Origin: Balanoglossus misakiensis
Taxonomy: Eukaryota; Animalia; Hemichordata
Direction: 5' to 3'
Assembly (NCBI GenBank): GCA_040954595.2
Contig: CM082589.2
Location: 7,313,186-7,377,185, forward strand
Length of the DNA stretch: 64,000 bases
Shown piece by piece: positions 40,970 to 53,738 of this stretch. A program made the translations under genes and the position numbers. The notes beneath the pieces are model-generated. The model did not search any database. It was not told the origin of the DNA and saw only the letters and a list, made by a program, of their open reading frames with translations. Positions within the stretch are counted from its first letter, which is position 1, and every line of letters starts with the position of its first letter.

Positions 40970-43900
40970 GGCTACAGGGCGCCACCAGCGTTGAAGTAAG
41001 GTAAAAATGGCCGTCAGACCCCACAGATCTGAACGGAAAACTATACAGATTTTACTTCAGTTTACAGTCTTAGTAACGTAAATTTAAGGACAGTTTGTCA
41101 AACCATACAGTTGTAAACGTTTGAGTGTGTGTTTTGGATGCTTGACATATAATCACTATATCGCAAGCTCTTTAAGATGAATTTTACTTAACAATATGTC
41201 TCGGTTTGTTTGATATTTTCCCTTTCCACAGCAATGCCTAAAAAGTGTCGACGTGGGTTTTCACATGATAAAGACACAAATATCTTTGATGATAATAAAA
41301 CGAATTTTTCAATATGTTTGCCATCAAAATATTTACCTGTTTGTTTGAGAGCATAGCTGCTAGTACGTTTTTTAAACAGTTGTGCCAAATTTAACATTTT
41401 ATGAGCCTAAAAATTTCTCATTAGAATTCTATGTGTTCATCTCTCCAGACAGACACAACCAGTTGTATCATTTTGTGTAACCAATTTAGAATTTAGCCCT
41501 AGATTGTCCTCATTAGGTATTCATCACCGTATATGGTAACAGTTTTACTCGAGTAGGCAACTTTGATGACCCCTGAGTGACCTGGTGTTCTGACTGTATG
41601 GAATCATCTATATTCAACGTTTTAAACAATATTCACCTTTTTTGTGGCAGACAAAATTCACATGTTTTTCTATGATGAGCTAGAGTGCACACATTCAATC
41701 GTTTGGATTGACTGTTTCGGGGGGGGAGGTCGTCTAGTCGACCGGCATATGTGAGACTTGACCACAACACCATCAGCATCGTTCCCACTGTCCACAGAGA
41801 CCCTGCATACTAACGAATACATTACATATCCAAGTAAACTTGGAAATGTGATAAAAACTAAATTCACAATCTCTTCTCCAGTTGGATTATTCATTCTCTA
41901 CTTACATCTACAATTTCTGCTGTCAGATTATACAGTTGTCTATGTGGTTGCTCTGTGTTACTGCATGGTACTTATCTAAACCGAACCGTGGGTCGATAAA
42001 AAAGGACATTTCCAAATTTTGAAATAAACCTTCACTTGAAACATAACACCGAAAAATAACCCGCAGATATTTAAAAATTTGAACAGAAATTCTCAACGTG
42101 AATCTGTATTTTTTTAAACACTGTGTTGAAGTTTTGAATATGGGCCGCACATTCCCGTATGAAAAAAAAAATGGAAGAACACCCCCCCCCCCCAACACAC
42201 ACACACACACACTACCCCTGGTCGTCGACTGGATGTCGTCGACAAACGCGGCCACAGGAGTCGTGGACTGAAACAGTTGCATCTACAGCTTTTTCGGATA
42301 TATTTAGCTTTTTATTACTAGTCGCAATACCTTTACTGTCAATAAAATGCACTCCACGTGTCTGGTTTCAAAGTACTGACCCAAAGTTTATTTTGAGGAG
42401 TTAGTTACCGATCGTTGACACAATTAAAGCACGTTATACACATACAGTATAGCAGTTGTATTTTTAAAGTTATCTCTATAGCAATGGTTCAGACGAATAC
42501 CACACTTCATTTGAAGATAGCGGCGCTAAAAAGTGCAATTCCATGTCCTCAGCCATACTGACAGAACTCAAGGGCGAGTGTCGGTCCGTCTGCGGCTGCG
42601 GGTATATGTCCCATACGCCACAGTTTCTAGCAATGTACGTCATTGTAAACAATGCGTCGATTATTTGTATCTCATTTCCAAGTTATTTTGCTGTGTAAAG
42701 TATTGCCTGGCCGGTTCCCCATTCTGATGGTGTGTTTATCAGCAGACACACCGCACATGTGTAAATACCTTTTCAAATTCGATGTTCATAAACGCTTTCT
42801 CCTCTCTGTCTATACATGTAGTAGAAAAGTGGTATTGGCAAGGTGACTGGTTTGGGTGACGCAATTTCGCAGCTTTGCATTCATTATAGCAAACTGATAG
42901 AATCGTATACTCATATACACGCATGCTTCTGAAGTGACTACATGTTTCAAATCAGCATCTCGGAGGAAATATACAGAATCTTTCTCGCGAAAAATAAGAC
43001 GATCGAAGGATATTGAATCTAAACATTCGTTTAAAAGTTCTCATTTAAAATTGGAAAACTAAAGCCTCATATGTGCGCCCCTTCAGAGTCGCAATACATA
43101 TTCAAGATGCATTCGTAGTGAACCAATCAAATGAGTACACATACCGGTTCTGCATAATCATAAAAGTTTTGAAAGTCGAGTCGCGTTGGACTGAAAATTT
43201 GGGCCAACCAAAGCCCTGGTTTATTTCTGGCAAGAATTAATTTACGTAATCTTTGCACACGGTTCCAATTATGAAAAGTATAAAGGTACACGTTTATCTA
43301 CGCTTATCACCAACTATATCCATTGTGAAGCCGCGGGACAAAATTTGGTAAGTGAACGATACCTGTATTTCAATCTAGTCTTGTGAGATTCATGTCAATA
43401 CCTGAACACCCATTCTCAGTATGTGGTTGTGTTGCATGCAAAGTGTCCATGCATTGAACATTCGTAGACATCTCTCAGCCACAGGACCGTTTACACTCGT
43501 GCCGGACACCGTTGTAGAAAATGCTATGATGCTACATGTATATAGTATACCGCGAATTGTTGTCATACAGAAGAAAGAATGCCTGGCTAAATAGAAGCAT
43601 ACAAACATACCGTCTGCCTAATCGTCTTCACAGATGAAGCATATGTTTCAGTCAACATTTGTAATTTCTCTGTCTTCAAACATTACCAGCTACTGGGCAA
43701 CCGCTCGTACTGCTCTGTTTCCGATGGTTGTTTTTAATAACGTCTCGAGTTGTTTTAATGATAGAGTAACGTTTTTAAATTTCGCGAAGAAATTAAACGT
43801 TTATGCAGGTTAGAAGGAGTGAAATTGATATTCCTGTTCGCATCGTCGTCAATAGAGCAAAGTTTTCCACGCTATGTTTTTCACTGAAATGTTTGCGCGT

Positions 43901-46110
43901 TTATTCCTCAACAGATTGAAACATACGCATGCGCACTACAACCATGAAGAGCATTTTGCTTTTAGTTTGTCTGATGCATATCGGCACAACTGGTAAGTTT
44001 TGTTTTCCAAAGGTTTTGGTCACTACTCTTAGACGCTGTCATCATGCATGCACCATTTTACCCATTGCACTCCCTTCGAAAATCCATATATGATATTATA
44101 ACACTGCAAAATACAAGAAAAGCTTCTCCCGGGAGAGATTTCTTGGGCAGAGAGTGTCGGCAGTGGTAGATTCCGAGGAGGCAAAAGTCAAGGTAGCGCT
44201 TATATTATTTTACCTCCGGATGCCAGGCGTGGTATATGTTGTCGTAACACCCACACCTATTTGCTGTAGCTCTCCGCGATGTCCTCAAGGGATGGCCAAA
44301 AAATACTTCCCTGCTGAGAAGGGCAGCTCACCTGGTGTCATTCTGGGTGCTGGTAGGAAAGCTATTGTATCATGCTGTATTTTTGTACGAGTTTGTCATG
44401 CATGTTCACTGTCTTCTTACTTTGTTTTCTTTAAGGCCGTGCTGCGTTTACCACTCATTACATAACCCTCTGCGAAACCCAGTCGGCAAATCTGCAGTGT
44501 CCTGACGGATGGACGTTGGTAATTGCGCATGCTACCTACGGGCGATTAGACACAACTACGTGCGTACATACAAATATGTACAACACTCGATGTTTTCATG
44601 ATAGTACAACTTATATTTTGCAACAGCGATGCCAGGGTGAGCAATCATGCGAAGTATATGCTGGCAATTCAGCCTTTGGTGACCCCTGCCCGGACACTTA
44701 CAAGTACCTGAAAATAATGTATCGATGTAAGTACAATTTGATGTTGTCAGAAACTATTCAGTTTTAATCACGTTATCATTTTCAATTTATTGGATGAAAC
44801 AGCTCTAATCACAGAGACTTTGAGCGCAGAGTCTGCAGCAACAGTCAAGTAACGTCCATATTTCTAGTTGTCATTCGTTTATTCTATCTACAGGTGAGGA
44901 TGTACCAGCGACAGAGTTTGACATCATAGCCTGCCAGGGAGAAATAGCTCGTTTTGACTGTGGAAACGATTACACTATCGACCTTACCGCTGGGGGAATA
45001 TACGGTAGACGTGAGTCCGTTACTTGTCCCGGAGGAACTATCCTCACCACAGACTGCGATGACGAAGATGCAGCAAGCAATTATATAAGAGCGAAGTGTG
45101 ACGGTCAGCACACCTGCGAAGTCTTGGCCGATTACTCTGAATTGGGTACAGACCCGTGTCCAGGAACGGACAAATATTTACATATGAAGTTAATGTGCTT
45201 GTAACGTCCACAGCAGTGCCGTAAAATTGTGACAGAAGGTGAGTATTGCAATGAAACGCACCGTCAGTGCCGTGGCGGTATATTGTGGTGTGGATAAATC
45301 ATTCAGCCATGATCGCAGAATCCTGATATTTACACACGCCAAAATACACCACTACAGCAATGCGGTGTGGTCATAGAAATTGGTATTGATGCATGTAAAA
45401 ATTTGCCATCTTTACCGGCAAAATTGTATTACCACAACACATCGAAATGCGGTCAGTTCAAGTGTTCAATTTAGCAGTTATTTGTTATAATACGCATATA
45501 GTCATCACAGTCTCGTCAGGTTTGCATCTGTGGGACGTTTCCGTCAAATTCGGTGCTGGAACTCGGTGCTCACTATGGACACAATCAATATCAGAAAATA
45601 AGATCTTTGATTCATAAGTATAAAGCCCACGCCCACCACAAACCACTATAGTGTGGCTATGTTGAATGTCAAAGCGTCTATCAAATTGGGGTTATATCTG
45701 ATTAACTGTTCGTGTGATAACGATGACACATATGCAGATACACGTGCAAACAGAGAGAAATCGATATTATTGTTTCCTCCCGTATAAGGACCCCAAATTC
45801 TGTTTATTTTCATTGTGCTAATTCTTTCTGGATTTCGTTCTTTTTGGTTTGCAGCAGCAGCCCTATGAAAAGGAAACACCTGTCACTGACGAAATGGAAA
45901 GATGTTACCCGACGCTCGATAAAATTAAATTTGCTGGGTTTTCTTTTTCTTGTGGAATTTTGCTTCAGCGGATCTGTTTAAGAATGCAGTCTCATTTGCA
46001 CTTGCTTTCAATTTGCCTCTGTAGAATAGAATAAATAAAGCATAATAAAATAAATGATAAAAAGTTTGAATTGCATATTTTTTTAACTGACACTGACATC
46101 TACCATTTGA

Positions 46111-46166
<56 letters not shown>

Positions 46167-46705
46167 AAAACGAAAAGGACAGAAAGAAAAAAGAACGAGC
46201 GGGTGAGCGAGCGACCGAACGAACGAATGAACGAATGGATGGATGAATGAATGAATGAATGAATGAATGAATGAATGAATGAATGAATGAATGAATGAAT
46301 GAATGAATGAATTTCGACAGTTTTGTATTTCTTGAAACACAGATAACAAACCTCGGGTCAATATCCTGCAAAATTATATCAGGGAATAAAAAATTCCCTG
46401 CCAAAAAACGAATTCACAGCAAGGGAACACAAATTAGAGAGATATTTCATTGTTTTACTATTAATTTGTAATGGGTATACGAACGCCGAATGTTACTCAA
46501 TCTGCCCGTCAAGTTTTTTTTTGTACCTTGATGACTATTGACTAACATGCAGTGGATGTGTATACCGATATTCCCTTTATATGCTTTCCGCATGACCTAC
46601 AGTACAGGGCTTATGGTCGTTCATTGAATATGAGTGAACGATCGACCGACCAATACGTGTACTACCCTATGGGCTGTAACAGCTGTTGACTCATATACTG
46701 TAAAA
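40970..46705 (-). repeat. Right arm of the large inverted duplication (partner 26175-33300); 43245-46108 is also a direct repeat of 34721-37490
   Basis: Direct comparison of the sequences. Confidence 0.9.
43944..45204 (+). CDS. Two-domain SUEL rhamnose-binding lectin, copy 3; exons 43944-43992, 44436-44726, 44894-45204
   Basis: Identical signal exon; ATYGRLD...DPCPDTYKYL and IYGRRE...DPCPGTDKYL; intact. Confidence 0.93.
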
Positions 46706-47211
46706 AAGCTTGTTTGAGATAAGAAAAATATCTTTATTAGAGTTCATGTCAAACACAACCAATAAACAATATCTGGGGTATTTATGACGGATTAGTTTAT
46801 TCACTGTTGTTATATGTTATAATCACAATACGCTAGGATTCGCCGTTACTATCCCTTTATACCAACATCAGCTCGTACTGATTTACTAAAACATTCTCTT
46901 CCATCACGTTCTCAGACATATTTTAATTCCATCTGTCACAAGGAAAATCTTTACATTTTTGATAGTTACTCCAGTTTTCGACATGTATTATGCAAACTCC
47001 TTTTGTGTGTTTTATGGTAGATAAAGTGATGTTGTTCATGTCCAGCAATCAAATGATGAGTGATAGAATTTCCTGGATTTAACTTGGAACAGTAATTTGG
47101 TAGTTAAGCCAAAGTTACAATAAAACATGCTTTTCTTCATAAAATGTCTCTACTGCTGCAGCAGAATATGCGGGCGCAGTATCTTTATTTCGATCTAGTT
47201 TTACAAACTTA

Positions 47212-47396
47212 GGGACTGGTCAGTTTCTTCGGCCGGGGCTGGGGGGGCGGTGGATTCAGGGTGAGTCACCCCCTTTTGGAATTGAGTGATGGGGTCACCC
47301 ACTTTTCCATTTTCAAGGAAGGGGGGGGGGGTCAGTCACTTTTAGATATCCACAAAATAGACCCCCCCCCCCCGACCAAAGAAACTCACCAGCCCC
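47212..47396. mobile_element. PIF/Harbinger-like MITE with TTA TSD (duplicated at 49997-50165)
   Basis: TTA|gggactggtcagtttcttc...gaaactcaccagcccc|TTA; same TIR family as 28173-28732. Confidence 0.8.
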
Positions 47397-47675
47397 TTAG
47401 ATAATACATGTAGGGGCAATAAAGGTTTAACAAAAAACCATCCATTGCAAATTGAATTTCAGTATGCGGACCAGCATTTAGTGACAGAATGCTATTTTTA
47501 ATAAACTAATTTATCGAAGTGCAAAACATCCATTGCGCACATACTAAAGCTGGGTATCTAGGTCCTTATGTCATACATGCTGTGTGTATACCAAGTGACG
47601 AGTCAAAAAATTTCAGCAGAGCTAATAAGGAAAACCTTGCTGTAGATGGTTGTATTCGTACGTGACATGTGCACA

Positions 47676-49453
47676 ATGGGAAGCTTACTATTATTTGCGC
47701 TTATAACACGTACAACAACAGGCCAGGCCATTGTGCTTGATATTCTGATCATTGTCGCAGAGAGAGAAAGACGGTATAAAATCATAATTTCAGTATATTC
47801 TGTTTTTTTTTCCATCTCAGACATTTCAACGATTTGCTGCCACAACAATATTTGTCTTAATAGCATTTCATGCAAATGTTGCCATGGTAACAGGAGAGGA
47901 TGGACAGAATAGTCCGCCATGTCACGGAGAAAAATGCAAGATTGATGTGAACACAGACGAAGGATGGAGTTACGCAGACTGTGAATTGACAGAAGAGTGT
48001 CCTTCACAGCTGTTCGCCAAAATCGATGACGTCAGGGCTGGTCTGGTACAGGAGAGTAGAAGAAGTTCGGCTATTTACGCCAGAGACTTAAAGAACGACA
48101 CCAGAGTTTCAATTGTTGTAATATCAGACAATCGCCCTGTGGATGATGTCGATCTGGTAAGTAAATTCTTCCATGGTCATTCCTTTATTTTGATTACAAA
48201 TCAAATTTCTTGTTTCAGCCCTAGGACTAACTGATAAAAGCTATCTGCAGATGTATATACCCCACTGTTGACTCTCTGAAAATACTGGGTGACTAGCGGA
48301 CAATCTGGACTTAATCCATGCATGCAGAATTAGGTCTTAGCTTGTCGCTGTTTCTGTATGGCTTATGTAGAAGCGAGATTGATAATAAGAACCTCTCAAA
48401 GACTCACATCTCAACACCGCAACAAACAATTTCTTGTAAACTAAGGTAATAATCTGTCAGAATTATCAATTACATTGTAATGTTTTATATAATACACGAC
48501 TGCATGTATATATATATATTATAAAGTTTCCACTAACTTACCTAACGTACGCATTTTCCATTCTATTAAATACAGGGCCCCGGTGAAGGGAGCCAGTTGA
48601 TTTCCAGTTGTGGAAAATGCGATTTGATACTCTATGCCAACGGTATTACCGCTTATCTTTGCAAGGTTTGTATACTGTGAACCATTATATTTTTGTCTTT
48701 GACGTCAACATAAATTGAAATCAAAATGCACGTTGTCTAGCTAACAATGACACGATAGAAATTGTCACAGGTTTAAAACAAGCAGAAGAGTAAAAAACTA
48801 TCATGCGGTCGCGGAATAAATATAGGCGAAAAATGTGACACCCCATTACGCTGCTTATAAAATATATGTGCTGTTCCGATTACCCGACATACCCTAATTT
48901 TAGCCCGATGACCCTTAACTTTTTAGAGCTTCGTAAACCGGAAGTAAAAATAACGATGTCAAATTTACAAAATTTATGAAAATTGCGAGAATCACGCAAG
49001 AACTATGACGTCATTCTTCTACACTACGACGGCCAAAAAAAAATTGCACAATAAAACAATTTCCCTACCTACCCTATTTTTGAAAACCATGCAATCGGAA
49101 CAGCACATATTTTTTTAGGTGGCCCTAGACAGTTTGCTTATGAGATAGGCCGATGGACAATATCTCTCATTAATTAAACTGACGTTTAAGTTCTAGAGTC
49201 CTGGACTGTTGCGGATCGGCCACGGTATATAGACTACCAATCTGTTTTGAGATTTAACTAGATCTTCCATTTTCCCAATTATTGATATAATTTTATTCGT
49301 TTTCAGGAATCGGAATGTGACGACGCATTCTCTGGTCCCTTTTCCTGGGTTCCGATCAAACCGGTTACTTCTTCTTTCCCTGACGGCGTTTGTCTGTATT
49401 CCGTACCTCACATTGGCGATGAGGTCTTCTACTGCAATTTCTATCTTGGCTAA
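47676..49453 (+). CDS. Unknown secreted Cys-rich protein, copy A; exons 47676-47678, 47821-48156, 49307-49453; first donor mutated, possible pseudogene
   Basis: Paralogous to 50417-51975; ATG|GGAAGC replaces ATG|GTAAGC; exons 2 and 3 are open. Confidence 0.65.
48865..49126 (+). mobile_element. MITE with (sub)terminal inverted repeats; inverted relative at 52304-52618
   Basis: atatgtgctgttccgatt ... aatcggaacagcacatat; absent from the matching intron of copy B. Confidence 0.75.
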
Positions 49454-49596
49454 TTGATGGAATGGGGTTTTCTTTAAAGTTCATGGAATAATCAAATTCT
49501 ACTGAGTGTATTAAAAATGACGCCAATAAAAGAAGACAGTAGTTCTCTCCGACGTTTTCACTGTGGTGTATTTTTGGATGAAAGTAACTGTATATA

Positions 49597-49769
49597 TAGA
49601 CTCTCTCACAGCCCACGGTTCGCTACAACGAGCCCCTCACTGACGCGCCCTCAACCGTTTTGCAAGGGAGAAGCACCGTTTGGTGTTGTGTAGCGAACCT
49701 CTCGCCGGGCACACATGCAATCAGACCATAAGCCTGCACGGACGGCGAGAGGGGTTGTGAGAGAGTCTA
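49597..49769 (+). mobile_element. 173-bp MITE with TAGACTCTC TIRs and a 9-bp TSD
   Basis: ctgtatata|tagactctctcaca ... tgtgagagagtcta|ctgtatata; empty site near 52110 in the paralogous unit; second copy at 61673-61845. Confidence 0.9.
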
Positions 49770-49996
49770 CTGTATATACCGAGTATCTTTTTATAGCATC
49801 ATAGACATTTTCTTTCTTCAGTTCACGAGAACTGGATGCATACGCTGTATAAAGTATTTCAAATATGATGCCTAGTTATCTTTCACAAACATACATTTCT
49901 ATTACAATGAAACATGTTTATCTTAACGTGAGAAAGTGTCTCTACTGCAGAATATGCGAGCGCAGTATCTTTATTTTAATCTATTTTACAAACTTA

Positions 49997-50165
49997 GGGA
50001 CAGGTCAGTATCTTCGGCCGGGAGGGGGGTGGATTCATGGATTTTTGGAATTGGGTGATGGGGGTCACCCACTTTTCCATTTTCAAGGAAAGGAAGGGGG
50101 GGGGGGCAGTCACTTTTTGATATCCACAAAATAGAATCCCCCGACCGAAGAAACTGACCAGCCCC
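49997..50165. mobile_element. PIF/Harbinger-like MITE with TTA TSD (co-duplicated with 47212-47396)
   Basis: TTA|gggacaggtcagtatcttc...gaagaaactgaccagcccc|TTA. Confidence 0.8.
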
Positions 50166-50416
50166 TTAGATAAAAGGGGACCACCATTGCATATCTAATT
50201 TCAGTATGCGGACCAGCATTTAGTGACAGAATGCTATTTTTAATAAAATACTTATATCGAAGTGCAAAACATTCATTGTGCACACACTAAAGCTGGGCAT
50301 CACGGTCCTTATCAATACAATATATCTTGTGTGTATACCAAGTGACGAGTCAACAAATTTCAGCGTTGCCAAGGAGAACCTTGCTGTCGATGTTTGTATT
50401 GTATGACATTCGCACA

Positions 50417-51975
50417 ATGGTAAGCTTACTAGTATTGCCACTTATAACATGAACAACAACAGGCCAGGCCATTATGTTTGATATTCTGATAATGGTCGCC
50501 TTACTACGAGAGAAACCAACGATTTTAATCTTATAATCAAGACATGCACCTTGTTAACATTGCAAAACATATCAAGATTACTTGGCCTTTTTTCTCCATA
50601 TCTGGTTATGTCGTATTTTTATGTCTCCCACAAACAGACAGTGAGTATAGTTTGGTTCAGGGATATAAATGACTTCAACACAGAGGTATTTTAAGATGAG
50701 CAGAATAATGTGAATAATGCAACAATTTTGAAAGAGAAAGACGGTATAAAATCATAATTTCAGTACATTCTGTGTTTTTTTCTTCATCTCAGACATTTCA
50801 ACGATTTGCTGCCGCAACAATATTTGTCTTAATAGCATTTCATGCAAATGTTGCCATGGTGACAGGAGAGAATAGTCCAGCTTGTCACGGAGAAAAATGC
50901 AAGGTTGATGTGAACACAGATGAAGGGTTGAATTACGCAGACTGTGAATTGACGGAATTCGAAGAGTGTCCGTCAGAGCTGTTCGCCAAAATCAGTGACG
51001 TCAGGGCTGGTCTGGTACAGGAGAGTAGAAGAAGTTCGGCTATTTACGCCAGAGACTTAAAGACAGATACCAGAGTTTCAGTTGGAATATGGGACAGTCG
51101 CCCTTCCGATGATGTCGATCTGGTAAGTAAATTCTTCCATGGTTATTCCTTTATTTTGATTACGAATCAAATTTCTTGTCTCAGCCCTATCTGCAGATGT
51201 ATATACCCCACTGTTGACTCTCTGAAAATACTGGGTGACTAGCGGACAATCTGGACTTAATCCATGCATGCAGAATTAGGTCTTAGCCTGTCGCTGTTTG
51301 TGTATTGCTTATGTAGAAGCGAGATTGATAATAAGAACCTCTCAAAGACTTACATCTCAGCAGCGCAACAAACCATTCCTTGTAAAGGTAACTAATCTCT
51401 CAGAATTATACATTGTAATGTTTTATAGAAAACACGATTGCATGTATATAGAAAGTTTCCATACTTTGAAAAATATCAGGTACTTGTCTAACGTTCTCGT
51501 TTTCCATAATATTAAATACAGGGCTCCGGTGAAGGGAGCGCGTTGATCTCCAGTTGTGGGCACTGCGATTTTATACTATATGCCAACGGCATTACCGCTT
51601 ATCATTGCAAGGTTTGTATATTGTGAACCATCATCATAATACGCTTTGTCTTTGACATCAATAGATAAAATCAAAATACATGATGCCTGACAATGACAGG
51701 ATAGAAATTGTCATAGATTAAAACAAGCAGAAGAGTAAAGAAATATCATGCTGTCGCTGTATAAATATAGGCGAAAAATTAACTAGAGCAACCCTATTCC
51801 TAATTAATGGTGTTATATCCCTTTTCAGGAATCGGAATGTGACGACGCATTCTCGGGTCCCTTTTCCTGGGTTCCGATCAAACCAGTTACTTCTTCTTTC
51901 CCTGACGGCGTTTGTCTGTTTTCCATCCCTCACTTTGGCGACGAGTTCTTTTACTGCAATTTCTATCTTGGCTAA
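50417..51975 (+). CDS. Unknown secreted Cys-rich protein (~159 aa), copy B; exons 50417-50419, 50793-51122, 51829-51975
   Basis: Phase-0 splicing gives MTFQRFAAATIFVLIAFHANVAMVTG (signal-like), ENSPACHGEKCKVDVNTDEG...DDVDL, then ESECDDAFSGPFSWVP...FFYCNFYLG*. Exons are conserved in copy A. Confidence 0.75.
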
Positions 51976-52303
51976 TTGATGGAATGGAGTTTTCTTTAAA
52001 GTTCACGGAATAATCAAATTGTACTGAGTGTATTAAAAATTACGCCAATAAAAGAAGACAGTAGTTCTCTCCGACGTTTTCACTGTGGTGTATTTTGGGA
52101 TGAAAGCAACTGTATTATACCGAGTGTCTTTTTATAGCATCATAGTTGTGTACCAAGATAAACATTACAGGTCAGCAGTCGTCGAATCATCAGACTGAAT
52201 TATGATGGGGAATAAGTTGGTGGATATTTTATAATTTATCCTGAATGAAGTGGTTTTCATAACGTTTATCTATGGAAACATAAGTACCAAAGTCAGTGTC
52301 ATC

Positions 52304-52618
52304 AGGCAAATTAAAATAATATGTTCCGATTACATGGTTTTCAAAAATAGGGTAGGTAGGTAGGGAATTTTTTTTTATTTTGCGATTTTTTTTTATTTCT
52401 CTGGCCGTCGTAGAATAGAAGAATGACGTCATAGTTTTTGCGTGATGCGCGATTTCGTCATAGTTCTCGCGTGATCCGCGCAATTTTCATAAATGTTGTA
52501 TATTTGACATCGTTATTTTTACTTCAGGGTTTACGAAGCTCTAAAAAGTTTAAGGTCGGCGGGTTAAAATTGGGGTAGGTCGGGTAATCGGAAGAGCACA
52601 TATTATTTATTTTGGCCT
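52304..52618 (-). mobile_element. MITE, inverted relative of 48865-49126
   Basis: Reverse-complement match; ends aggcaaattaaaataatatg ... catattatttattttggcct. Confidence 0.75.
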
Positions 52619-53738
52619 TTGTAACGGCACAATGCAATGTTATCATCGGTTGTCATATATCTGCTGTGTACGTTGAAGTGTAGTCTGTTAAATATTGAAA
52701 TAACTCTGGGTTGCAATAGTACCATACAGTGTTACGTTGGGTGTGTCATCGTAACTACTGACCTTGGTCGCTTTAGACACAACACGAAATTACCAATGGC
52801 GTGGGATATACAAGTATGTTATGGCCACAAACGTAGATTTCCTATATAAACGGATGAAGTTTTTGCATAAATTTGTTTAACTTCTAAGTGAACACGCTTG
52901 TTTAAACCCGTGTCAATAGTTGTATGGACCTAGGCCTATAGGTTGCACTTTAGACGTCGATTTACACGCACAGTGTAATGTCAATGACCGCTGAACTGGT
53001 GTGAAGCCCACCTAAGCTAAACACACGGGCATTGTTGCCATTTAAACCGCCATGGCCTGTAAATACAGACGCCGGATCGAATAGTATAACTATGTTGTTT
53101 AAAAATCTCACAAAAGAAGTATTTCCACTCGAAACCACTTGGTACATGTACTCGCACCGATCAGCGTTCTTCCGTGTCGTATGTATGTAGCGCCCTCATG
53201 TCACTTCGTCGCGTTATAGTTCCTCTTTGTGATCAAACCCGGAAAACAGTTGACAGAACTAACGACTAGACCAAGCCTGGATTAAAAGACTGGGTCGATT
53301 ACAGGTAGTATTACTTTAAATTATTTTGTGTAATTCGCTGACCAATAACTCTGAGAGTCACTCATTACCGCTATGCTTGGAAACTCTTATAGACCCTAAC
53401 CGTCATGCGAAGAATCTTTGTTTATCCTGTCCTGTCACGATATCATGTCCGAATGAAGTTGTATCGCGTAAATACGTCAACAGCCCAATGCAGTTTCCTT
53501 TATATATCTCTGGCAATCACTGAGAAGTCAGTTTTTGGCGCCAGGGATAAATACGCTGACGATAAAGCAACCATAGAAATTGTTGTTCAACTGCATGCCA
53601 AGTCAAGTTGAACACACAATCATACACAACGCAAAGATAAAATATGACTCGTTTCAAAATTTCTGTTTGTAGTTTGCTCGAAAACGTCGTTCTTTACCGA
53701 AACCATACACGGAAAACCTTACAGTGAAATGAATGAGG

